A stretch of 64,000 nt of DNA, taken from the NCBI RefSeq assembly GCF_001194135.2, contig NC_068984.1:23422742-23486741 (forward strand). The letters are read 5' to 3'. Both the position numbers and the translations under genes were made by a program. The notes below the pieces were generated by a model, which was not told the origin of the DNA, ran no database searches, and saw nothing but the letters and a program-made list of their open reading frames with translations. The stretch comes from Octopus bimaculoides. Lineage: Eukaryota. Below are positions 12,044-24,800 of this stretch, piece after piece (the stretch's first letter is position 1; the number at the start of each line of letters is the position of its first letter).

Positions 12044-14029
12044 CCTCTTATATGTATGCATATATTTGTGTATGTATATATTTACTCGGTGTATGTAGTA
12101 AACCAAGAAATTTTGATTAATTAAAAATAGACTACAATGCGGAGTGAATAGGATTTTTTTCTATGAAGTGACAACTCAAGACATGTTTCTTTCTTAATAG
12201 ACCTCTTCATTGAAGCACAGTCAAATCGTTACTGCAGATCTTAGAGGCACGTTTTCAGTGACATTATAATTCAAAGTAAATGCTCCTGGAACTCACACCT
12301 TTCCCCAACGCTTTTCCTACAGGCAACATGCATTCAAGTTGAATAGTAATATTGTTGACTTCACCAATCTGTGAGGACCTGAAATAATCATGGGTATTAA
12401 CACTTTCTTCTGGCTAAATCTTTTTAATGTAAGACTGAACAACAAACAGAAAATATTTAAATTAACACATTAAAAAAATTACATGCCAAATACATGAGAA
12501 ACAGTGCCAGCTATTGCTGGTATTAATGTATACTTAATAAATTGAGAAAAAATCGATGTCTCGCTCTCGGGGATTTATTATTTTAAATGTTATAATTGTC
12601 TCGTTTAAAGCATTATACATCTACTTAATAATTATCTCGTCACAATTTCATAAAGGACGGCGAAGCCTATAGTTCTCTGAGGAGGATTTCATGAGAGCGA
12701 AACATGTCCAAAGTTATCTCTTGTATTTGCCAAAATAACTAAAATGATCTTAGTCATTAGTGTAATTTTTTTCATTTCCTCAGCGTATAAATGATTCTAA
12801 TTATATTTTTCCTGTTCACCACCTGAAATATGCTAATTCTAACTTAACTATATATTTCCATATTCACTCAGAATTACGATAGAGCATATTGAATACAAAT
12901 TGCTCTCCACCAATTTTATCTTTAAATTCTTACAAACCATAGCTTAAAACCGATTTTCTTAAACATCAGTACTATAATTGATTCTTATTTTATTGTTTGT
13001 TTAACTCACTACAATTAATCTACGTCTTGGTTAATTAAATTGTCATATTCGCCACATTAAGTGTATTCATGCTTACTTTACTAAATATTTCAAGCGACAG
13101 AATTTGTTCCACAATCATTCCTTTGGTCATTAACATCAGAATTAATTATTTAGAACATAATTCTCATCAGTAACAACGAAATTTTAATCAAAATTTCTTG
13201 TTTAACTACATCAAGTATGCTAACAAGCACTTAACTATTAAATTTGAATGCAGTATGACTGGGAGCTGTTCCCCCTTCCCAGTTATGCTGCATCCTTATA
13301 AACTATAACGTTATTTGCTCATTCACAAAAATCCTGTATGCTTGTCATCTAATATCAGTGGTAACGGTTAGACAATGCTTCGCTGAGGAGGTCCAATAAG
13401 GCCGAAATATATCCAGACTTATCACTGTGCTGTTTAAAACCCTCCCACTTGAATTCCATATTTAATCAATTAATTAGAGTTTTGGGGTTGTTTCCTATAC
13501 TCTTTACTTTTTTACTCTTTTACTTGTTTCAGTCATTTGACTGCGGCCATGCTGGAGCACCGCCTTTAGCCGAGCAAATCGACCCCAGGACTTATTCTTT
13601 GGAAGCCTATTACTTATTCTATCGGTCTCTTTTGCCGAACCGCTAAGTTACGGGGACGTAAACACACCAGCATCGGTTGTCAAGCGATGTTGGGGGCACA
13701 AACACAGACACACAAACACATACACACACACACACACTATATATATATATATATATATATAAACATAATTAAGGGATCAGCAAATATTTGCTTCACCATA
13801 TACCGAAGTTCAGAAATAGCAGCTAAAAAAGCTGAGAATCCCACAGATAGCATCACCTGTAACTCACAAAGGCAAAAACAAGAAGAAAAAAACAATGAAA
13901 AACTAACCATTCCGAAGGTTAACAGTAGACGCGTTTCTGGGTTATGATTGATACTCAATTTCCTTCATCAATACTGTATTCCAGCAGTAAATTTGACTAT
14001 GCTAGCAAACTGTGCAAGCATGAACGAGT

Positions 14030-15637
14030 AACATTCCACACCGACACAGATCTGAAAGCATAACCGAATCTACCTCGGTCAGCCAGTCTAACTGTCCTTC
14101 CTTCAAGAAATTACCATGTGCGTGACCTGAAACAATCTGAAAATCTGAAACAATCAACCACCTCTTCTTCATGAATAATTTGAAGCTGCATAGCAAGGAT
14201 GAGGCACAAGTGAGTTCTTTGGTGAACACGATCCACTGTTTTAGTGCTGATATTAAAATGGAATTCAAACTTAAGAAATGTAGTATAATGTACCTGAAAA
14301 AAGGCAACGAACAGTCCCTAACAGGGATAGAATTACCTAATAGAGAACTGGTTAAACAAATTGAAAAGGAAGGCTACAAACACCTTGGCATACTTGAGTT
14401 CAACGAAATCATGTAGAAGGAAATGAAACAACTGAAGAGGGAATGTTTCCGGAGACTAAAATTGGTGTTGCGCTCAAAATTGACCGGTTGAAATAAAAAT
14501 CCAAGCAGTTAACACAGGGGCAATAGCGTCACCTCAGTATGGAGCTGGAATCATAAAATGGCAAAAGAAAGAACTGATGAAGACAAGAAAAATATTAACA
14601 GTGCACGGAGTCTTCCACCCTAAGATTGACAACGATATGCTATACTTGTCCAGAAGAAAGGGTGGAAGTGGTTTGAGCAGTTGCCAGGATTGTATTGAAG
14701 CAGAGGAAAACAACTTAGGGTGGTATGTAAAACATATGAAGAAGTCCGGCGTCATCAAAATTCATAATTGTATAAAGAAAGAAAAACTTAAAGAGGAAAA
14801 GAACACAAAAAAGAAGCAGCACGGAAATAGAAAAAAATGTTCACTCAGCTTGCAAAAGATACAAGCGCCAAAACAGAAACAGAAGACCGGTATCTATGGA
14901 TGATGTGGAGTGACTTAAAAATAGAGACAGAACCACTCATATGCGCAGCTCAAGAACAAGAGTTAAGGACCAACTATATAGAGTGAAGAATAGGCAACAC
15001 TACTGACAGCGATAAATACAGAATGTGTGATGAGAGGGGTGAAACGGTATGGCACATCTTTAGCGAATGTGGCAAGAATGATCTATTGGGAGCTCTGTGG
15101 AAATCACGGTCTACATAGAGCAAAGACGTGATATGAGCAAACCCCAGAAGGAGTCATCAAGAATGAAGATTGCAAAATCCTGTGAGATGCAATGATCCAG
15201 TGCGATCACCTGACCAGACATCGGAAACCGGACATTGTTGTAGTGAATAAAAAAAAAAAAAAGGAAAGAATATGCATGATAATCGGCATACCATGTTCCG
15301 GTGACAACAGGATCAAAGAGAAAGAAGAAAAACTGAACAAGTATGAGGACTTGAAGTGGGAAATACGAAGGTTGTGGTCAATGAGGAGAGTAGTCGTGAT
15401 ACCAATAGTAATTGGCATACTCAGAAGTATCAGCACTCAACTACCAACATGGCTGGAAAAGATTGGTACAAATGTACAGATAGAACACCTATAAAAGTCA
15501 GCATTGCTTGGAACTGCAAGAATCCTTCGCAGAGTTCTTGAAGCTCAACCAGTAAACAAGTGTCACCTTAGTCTGCTGGCTGTGGACAGCTGACACTTAC
15601 CCTCATACCCAGCAAAATAAGCTGAGAGTTTTCATCA

Positions 15638-15702
<65 letters not shown>
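14030..15702 (+). mobile_element. R4/Dong-like RLE-LINE, 5'-truncated and decayed
   Basis: RT end (FMNNLKL, YKHLGILE), CCHC knuckle (CRMC...ETVWHIFSEC), restriction-like endonuclease (RKPDIVVV...KYEDL), LLGTARILRRVL and a (TAA)n tail at 15640-15702. Confidence 0.88.
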
Positions 15703-15703
<1 letters not shown>

Positions 15704-16226
15704 CCTACCAAAACTTACCAGAACAACCATGAGAAGACATCACAATAGCAGACCTAAGGATGACACTCACGAAGGTACATAAGTGAAAATTTCCTGGTAA
15801 TGATAGGGTACAACAACAACAACAACAACAACAATAATAATAGCCCAATACATCACTGTCAGTGATAGTTATTTTATCAGTCCCCAAAGGACGTCAGGAA
15901 CTGGACGGAACTTTTGAACTCGGAACGTAAAGAGTAAAAAACAAAAATGCTGCGAAACATTTTGTCTGATGTGGTAAGGATTCTACCAGCTTTCCGCCTT
16001 AATGATAATAACCTTTTCTAAATTTGGCACACAGTTAGTAATTTTCAAGGGAAGGTTAAGTCATTTGCATTGACTTCAATATTTCCTTGGTACTTACTTT
16101 ATCGACTCCAGAGGAATAAAAGGCAAAGTTGACCCTGGCGTAATTTGACCTCAGAATTTAATAAAGAAATACCACTAGGTATTTTGTCCGACACATTAAC
16201 GAATCTGCCAGCCCACCGCCTTCATC

Positions 16227-16286
<60 letters not shown>

Positions 16287-17019
16287 TCTACGAAAATAGA
16301 ATTGGAAAGAGAAATTGAAAAAGTTATTGAATTGTGCGGCAGTGAATTAATACAATGCAATCATTGATATCTGCTTGAAGGTGTCTGGAATATTCTCTTC
16401 TGTTAATTGAACGAGGACTACAGAATAGCTCCCATTTAGCTTCTTTTTATTTTTTTTTTTATTTTTCCTTTTTTCTTTTATTCATTTTCATTCTTTAAAG
16501 TCAGAAATAATTTCTATTGTGGTTGAATTTTGTACACCAACCAACTCCCTAGAGTAACGACGAGAAAAGACAATTGAAGACAGTTAACTTCATATTTTAA
16601 TTTCAGTGATCATGTGATCATGTTTATCGTACACAACATGCTATCTATCTATCTATCTATCTACTTCACTCTCTACCCTTAGATTTGCTCATCTATATTT
16701 TTTCGTTCTTTTTTCTGTTTTTCCCGCTCTCTTTCACTATGTGGGTGTCTACATTTCGCTCTGTGCTTCACTTTTCATTGTGCGTAATAACATATTTATC
16801 TTATAGTTCTGTCTATTGATATCCTTATTTTCAACTTAAGAAATTTAAATAACAAAAATAAAGCAAGTTTGCACGAAACACAAAGATTACTAATAAACAA
16901 ACACCGAACAATTTGAACAGAGATGAAGCTGAAGAGATCGTGTGAGAAGAAAGAAATTCTGTTGATGGTTCTGACAAGAGAGAAGTGTGGTTTGGTCAGG
17001 AGACATGATTTGAGCCCAT

Positions 17020-17460
17020 AGCCTTTACAGTTCTTCTAGGCAGACGAGGTTGACGTAATAGACGTTCTTCAATAAAGGCATGTTGATGGCGGCCAGGAAA
17101 ACAAAATCATAATCAGATAGGGAATTCCAGAGAGATATGGTACTGGAGAAGGACAAAGCGTAGTGCTTACTACACAGCATGTAAAGGCGAGACATAGTAC
17201 GGATGGTGGGAAGAGAAAAAAAAACGAATGAATTGGGTGGACACAAGATCATCCAGATCATAGAAAAAGAGGCCTCAGTAACAGTGGATAAGATGGAGTA
17301 AGGAGACAGCTCGTTTGTGGGCCAAGGGCTGGAGTGTGTTGATAAGTGACATTAGTTGAATTGGTAGAATCAAAGCGACTCCGGCCAATCAGTTGAATAG
17401 CCTATTGGTGGAATGTAGTCCAGGATGTCTGTAACTGTCACAAAAAGATATAAACACACA
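17020..17460 (-). mobile_element. CR1/L2-like LINE 3' fragment
   Basis: SFSSTISLWNSLS resembles the CR1/L2 terminal motif SFFPRTIRLWNSLP. Confidence 0.5.
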
Positions 17461-20345
17461 CACAGCCATACATACTACGGCCTTCTGCACACCAAATTCC
17501 ACACACGATGTGTGGATCAACTGGTTGTAATGTGACCTTCTTAACCCCACCACCATACTTGTAGCCATTCACAAACATACACTACACGTATGTAACTATT
17601 ATATTTTCTATTTATTAATTCACAACAGTGTCATTTCGCAAATGGAAATTAGAAATGTCCAGAAAATAGTGATCAGCCTTTTTAAACTCAAGAGTAGCTG
17701 TAGAATTCAGATATTTCCAAAAGTTCCAACATTCTTTGTGCACTGAGTTATAATGCCTTAAATTTAGCAGCTAGCTGCAATTATTTTTGCACCAAGTTAA
17801 ATCATGAAAAGGAGCAGAAGTTTAAAGAATTGTTACCTCTTTGGGTAATAAAGAGCGTCTTTTCACAGTGCAAAGATATGTGCAAAGAAGACCACATAAA
17901 AAAAAAAGAGAGAGAGATAAATAAATCTTCTCAAATAGTAAAAAAAAAAAAAGAAAAAAGAAGATATTGTTACTTTTCAGATTCAGTAAAGCAGCTAATT
18001 TGAGCCATTGAAGATTGCTGTTTTCAAATATCTGTAAATAAACTAATATCCACTGATATTTGCTTAAGAACTCAATTTTGTCCAAATGCATGGATTATCT
18101 GCAGACAATACTACACAAACAAAAAAACTCTCAATTACTTTCAAATATTTTATTAATATAAATAAATAAATATATATCTTTGTAATCTGTTTCATTTTCT
18201 TTTCTTTTATTCTAACAAATTTGAAATTAACAATGTGAAGTGATAACAAACATTTGATTACAAAGAAATTTACAGTTAAAAATTGAGCTGTTTTTATTTG
18301 TTAAAAATATATAAAAACAATTAAAAGAGGACAGATACTTCCATATAAAATTGTAAACCCAAAAATTTATACCAGTCAGGATTTGAGTAATTTTTTCCTA
18401 GTTTCTTCACGAACAATATCAGGTTAAAACTGGATCTGTGTGTGCATGTGTGTATGTGTGTGAGAAAGAGTGAGAGAGAGTGAGAAAGAGAGAAAGAGAG
18501 TGTGTGTATGTAAGTATGCACGCATGTATGTATGTATGTATGTATGTATGTATGTATGTATGCATGTGAAATGATGGAGTACACTGAATGAAAAATTACC
18601 TCTGTCATTAGGATATGATATTTAAGTTCTCCCAACATTTAACTGATACCCGTAAAATCAGACAGTCACAAAATCTGAATAATCTCAAGAGATATCCTCT
18701 TAAAGTTGCAAAAAGTAAACACACATTCAGGCATCCCATACATGCACACACACAGATACTTGTGTTTATTAGATTCATCAGACCAGTGTGGTAGGCTTCA
18801 CTGAGGAGACACACAACAAGGTTGAAACACCACATCTCAAAGCCCCCTTCACACTGGCGAAGGGTGTATGTTACAAACAAACATCATTTAAAAGGAGGTG
18901 TTCTTTGATGAAGAAATATATCCGTGATTAGACATTCATGTTTGAATCTGCAGGAATGTATTAAAATGAATTAATGTGCTATTGTTGAGATTCTCACTGT
19001 TTTGTATGCACTCTGTGAATTATTATATATCTATTCATATACAGATATGTATACATTATCTATATGTATTGATATCTCTGTGTGTGTGGGGGGTACGTGT
19101 TCTTCAAACCAATTCAACTGGCAAGAGGTCAAGAGGATGGTTGGATAATATCCATGATATCAGTTGGTCATGCTTGGGAATCCAAGACTCTATGGAGGAA
19201 GTACCTGAGTACTCTAACCCCATGACCATATAAGGAAGACTGGGCAGAGAAGACAGATGGCTATCATCATCATCATCGTTTAACGTCCGCTTTCCATGCT
19301 AGCATGGGTTGGACGATTTGACTGAGGACTGGTGAAACCGGATGGCAACACCAGGCTCCAGTCTGATTTGGCAGAGTTTCTACAGCTGGATGCCCTTCCT
19401 AACGCCAACCACTCAGAGAGTGTAGTGGGTGCTTTTACGTGTCACCCGCACGAAAACGGCCACGCTCGAAATGGTGTCTTTTATGTGCCACCCGCACAAA
19501 CCAGTCCAGGGGCACTGGCAACGATCTTACTTGGCTTGCCGGGNNNNNNNNNNNNNNNNNNNNNNNNNNNNNNNNNNNNNNNNNNNNNNNNNNNNNNNNN
19601 NNNNNNNNNNNNNNNNNNNNNNNNNNNNNNNNNNNNNNNNNNNNNNNNNNNNNNNNNNNNNNNNNNNNNNNNNNNNNNNNNNNNNNNNNNNNNNNNNNNN
19701 NNNNNNNNNNNNNNNNNNNNNNNNNNNNNNNNNNNNNNNNNNNNNNNNNNNNNNNNNNNNNNNNNNNNNNNNNNNCTATATAAATACATAAACACACACA
19801 CATATGTTATCATCGTTGTAATCGTTTTATGTGCACTTTTCATGATGGAATGGAGAGTTGGAGAGATCATCACAGTCAGAGTTAATTATTTTTGCCTGTC
19901 AAGGCAATGTTGATGGATCTATATTTTGACACAGCTTCTATATATGAATGCCCTACTGAAAACTATATTATATATATTCACCATGTGTACCCTACTTGTA
20001 GAATAGATACACTGTGTTCTTCAATGTAATAAGACTAAAATGAAAGGAACAGCATCATCATCATCATCATCATCATTTAATGTTCGCTTTCCATACTGGC
20101 ATAGATTGAACAGTCCGACTGAAAACTGGGAAACCAGGGGGACTGCACCAGGTTCCGATCTGATTTGGCAAAGTTTCTATGGCTGGACGCCCTTCCTAAT
20201 GCCAACCACTCACTGCTAGGTGTAATAAGGCACATGTATACAACAAAGCACCCAGCCCACAGACACAATATAATGCTAGTATTCATAATAAAAATAATTT
20301 TAATATATATAAAATAGAACAACACTTTTTCCCACCACCCATCTG

Positions 20346-20351
20346 TTTATT
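20346..20351 (-). terminator. Candidate polyadenylation signal (AATAAA) for the transporter gene
   Basis: tttatt on the plus strand about 430 nt past the stop codon; position alone, no transcript evidence. Confidence 0.3.
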
Positions 20352-20454
20352 TTTCAAGTCATTTGTATTATTGAAAAGCAGTCTGCTCATACACTATTCA
20401 TAATTATTCTATAGACACAAAAGAAACATACACACACATACCATAAACACTAAA

Positions 20455-20504
<50 letters not shown>

Positions 20505-20776
20505 TGGAAGTAAACCTACTACCTCTGTATGTTGAGTTACTGAGATCCAGTTGAGTTATGACTAATGACTTAAGCGCTATGGTAATAAGAATTCAAACCA
20601 AATATATACAAATTTTCACAAGTGTTGTTCAGAAACTCAGATTATTATGTATAATGAGTTTTGACTGATTCTATAGTCTAATTAGCACACACACGTACAC
20701 ACATCTACATGTATTTCTGTTAATCATCACTTGAGAGTAGGAAAATTGTTCTTGAGAGGAAGGATTCAGTCTCAGG

Positions 20777-20898
20777 TTAGCTGGGAGATAAATATTTCTT
20801 GTCAATTTCGATGCGACGAAATTTGTTTCTGAAAGCACAGATAACTGGAAGTACACAAATGACTGCAGTCAGTAGTGTCCAGTTCATCCATGATACAC
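20777..20898 (-). CDS. SLC49A4: SLC49A4-like terminal coding exon 12 (VSWMNW...FRRIEIDKKYLSPS-stop)
   Basis: 122 nt; acceptor tctttatatttcAG; TAA at 20777-20779; family SWxNW and RxxxD terminal motifs. Confidence 0.9.
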
Positions 20899-21823
20899 CT
20901 GAAATATAAAGATGTGTTGATTATCAGAAAGTAATACACACCTGTGTAATTACTAAATTATTATCAGTAAAACTATTAAAACTATAAATGCAATGGTAAT
21001 ATGGATTGTTTGCATTAGTATGGTAATAGAATATCCAATTATCACCTTAAAAACAAAAACATGAGACAAACAGTAGCTGTTGTTGTTGGCACTCCGTCAC
21101 TTATGACGTCAAGGGTTCCAGTTGATCTGATCAACGGAACAGCCTGCTTGTGAAATTAACGTGCAAGTGGCTGAACACTCCACAGACACATGTACCCTTA
21201 ACGCAGTTCTCAGGGATACTCAGCGTGACACAGTGTGACAAGGCTGACCCTTTGAATTACAGGCACAACAGAAACAGGAAATAAGAGTGAGAGAAAGTTG
21301 TGCTGAAAGAGTACAGCAGGGTTCGCCACCATCCCCTGCCGGAGCCTCGTGGAGCTTTAGGTGTTTTCGCTCAATAAACACTCACAAAGCCCGGTCTGGG
21401 AATCGAAACCGTAATCCTATGACTGCGAGTCCGCTGCCCTAACCACTGGGCCATTGCACCTCTACAATAAACAGTAGCAAAAGAATGGGAAAAGAGAACA
21501 AAATTTATAATTATATTGTGAGAAAGGAACAGAGGAGAAATCAATGTTTCAGATTGTAGGCCTTCATCAAGAGCAGAACAGAAGAAAGAGGTGGAGGAAA
21601 CAAAAGAGTGGTGCTTTGCATATTTATTCTTAATATATTTTAGCAGATTAGAATGCAAATATGCTAATCACAGGTGTATTTGTCATAGGAGGACAGGTTC
21701 TTCTTTTTTACAATGACTATGTGGTCATAACACGCACAATTCATTGATGCAAGGTGCTGGTTTTAGGAAACCAGCATGGTGAATGTGAATGATTAGATTG
21801 TTATTTTGCAGGTAAAAGACAGG

Positions 21824-21856
<33 letters not shown>

Positions 21857-24800
21857 CATATTGACTTAAGTGAAATAAACATGGGAAATTTTATGGAACT
21901 GTTATGGTTCAAAGAGCACATTATGTATATGAGGCATTATGTATGAAAGTAACTATATGTGAATGTTCAGAATAATAGAAAAGGGTGTTATGTGTCATAA
22001 TGCTGGGGTATAAATAGATGAATAGTGCACTGCATGTGTACAGAAAGTGGGTGAATTACAACTGAGAGTATTTATCAGTGTTTGGTTGGGGTTTTTTTTG
22101 AAGGAGGAAGAAAGCAGCATTTTTAGAGCAAGTCTGATTTCAACCTAAAAAATAAATAGTTGTTTTCAGTGCAAGCAGAAAATGAGACTTTTGTGGTGCT
22201 GTACATCATCATCATCATTTAATATCTGTTGTCCATGTTGGCATGGGGTTGGACAGTTTGACCAGGGCTGGTAAGCTGGAAGGCTATGGTTACAAAAGAT
22301 AATATGCAGCTAGGTGTAACCCAAATAATTGAAATAACAAGCTACAGGTCTAAGTGAAATGATGTTGCATCAAATATCCGACTAGTGTTCTCCACTATAA
22401 TTAGCCAGTGCTTCAGTTGTTTCCCCAATATCTGCTAAGATGCAGAGATGATATATTTTGCAATAGATGAGGTTCTTGGAGGAACAAGTACAGCTAGGAT
22501 AGTTAGAGCTCATCATGGTGCCCACAGCCACCCCAGGAACCTACTGGAAGAAGTCTGCAGAAAAGGAAAAGAAACTGAGAGTAAGGCTGAGTCGAGTAAA
22601 GTAGAGAAGAGTAGAGGTACTGGACTTGAGCATAGTCTGATGGTCAAGAAAATATTTTAGGATTATGAATCCATCACTGTGCAGGTCAACAATATAGAGG
22701 GACATCACTAACATTTATGGTGCAAAAAGGTCAGGTAAGAATGAGAAGTTGAAGAGGTAGAGGTTATACTGCTAGTTGAGGAATACCTGTGCTTAATTAC
22801 TTTGATTCCTCAGTCTACAAATGTGTAAGCACATCACCATTATCACTCCTCATTTGTCTAACAATTATAAGTAAAGAAGAGACTACCAAAGCAGTCACAG
22901 AAGTCTGGTGCAGGCTTTAGCCTGGCCGGCTCTTGTGGTACCATCCCACCCATGCCAGCATGGAAGACAGACATTAAACAATAAGGATGATGGTGATGAT
23001 GAAGAGAGTAATGAGTAATAGTTACACTCAAATATCTGAATAAATCATACATATGCAAGCACACACACACACACACACACACACCCAACTCTGATATGGG
23101 TAGGTTTTCTCAAGAACTGCATATCATGAGTCATCTCAGTCCTCCATCATCTCCATGAGGCTCAAGGTCTTGCAATCAGCCTTCCCATGTTTTCCTGGAT
23201 TTCCCTCTTCTGCAAGTTCCATCCACTTTTAGTGATCACCACTTCTTTATACAGTTGTCCTCAACCATACACACCACATGCCCATACCAATGCAGTCTTC
23301 TTTCATGCACACTACATCTGGTTCCTCTTATGCCCAGTTTTTCACTCACTACCTTTGTACTGCCTTTCATGCACACTTACATTGCACATCTAACAGAGCA
23401 TACTCACTTCATTTCTTTCTAGGGGCAATCCCAAGGTCATACATGACTAAAGGGGGGTGCTTTAGAACTTACCAATATTAGGTATCATGAGAATAAACAA
23501 GAAAACCAAAGACACAGCATTGGAGAGCAGATTTAAAACTCCATTAGCGACTCCTTCTGCAATAGGGAATGCTGCCTCAGAACTCATTTCATAAAGGATT
23601 GGGTAGATAGATGTGAGGAATATCATAGAAAGGGTTATTGACAAGGTCAGTTGAACTGCAAATAAGAGAAGAAAAAAGAAAAGTCAAGTTAAATAGAAAA
23701 AGAAATCAAACAATGTAGTAATTAATAAATAAGTGGTGATATATTGGAAAAGAAGGCACGTGATCTAGTAGTTAGTGTGCTGCATTGACGATCACAAGAT
23801 GATAGCTTTGATTCCTGGGCTGGGTAATGCATTGGTGTTCTTGAGCGAAACACTTCATTTCTCATTGCTCTGTTATCACTTCAACATCTGACATGTGGCA
23901 CACCATGCACTTGTACAGGCAATTTTGATTTGATGGAGAAAGTTAGCAAATGAACTACACAAATGTTTCATCATTGAAGGTGGTGAGCTGGCAGAACCGT
24001 TAGCACGCTGGGCGAAATGCTTTGTGGTATTTTGTCTGCCGTTACGTTCTGAGTTCAAATTCCACCGAGGTCGACTTAGCCTTTCATCCTTTCGGGGTCG
24101 ATAAATTAAGTACCAGTTACGCACTGGGGTCGATGTAATCGACTTAATCCCTTCGTCTGTCCTTGTTTGTCCCCTCTATGTTTAGCCCCTTGTGGGCAAT
24201 AAAGAAATAACAAACGTTTCATCAATATAAAACAAATCATCGGCACAAATTGTTCAGCAAGAAATCGTGAAACCCTCATCTGCTGTTTAAGATAAGAAAG
24301 TCCACAATATTGAATAATGTATGCAAAAAAAAAAGAATTTCAATTAATTGAGATTTCCTTCTTAGATGAAGAAACAAAACCAAATCTAGAGTAATTATTG
24401 ATAGCACTTAAAACAAGGGGAACATAATTTCAAATAATTAAGAAGGCGGAGGAGTGGCTGTGTGGTAAGTAGCTTGCTTACCAACCACATGGTCCCGGGT
24501 TCAGTCCCACAGCATGGCACCTTGGGCAAGTGTCTTCTACTATATCCTCGGGCCGACCAAAGCCTCGTGAGTGGATTTGGTAGACGGAAACTGGAAGAAG
24601 CCCATCGTATATGTATATATATATATATGTATGTGTGTGCTTGTGTGTCTGTTTGTCCTCCCCCAGCATTGCTTGACAACTGATGCTGGTGTATTTACGT
24701 CCCCGTAACTTAGCGGTTCGGCAAAAGAGACCGATAGAATAAGTACTAGGCTTACAAAGAATAAGCTCTGGGGTCGATTTGCTCGACTATAAAGGCGGTG

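Noticed and set aside
21540-21580. Hammerhead-like TTGATGA...GAAAC on the minus strand (and CTGAAGA near 52660)
   Set aside because: C3 is missing and there is no NUH or stem I; the 52660 motif lacks GAAA.
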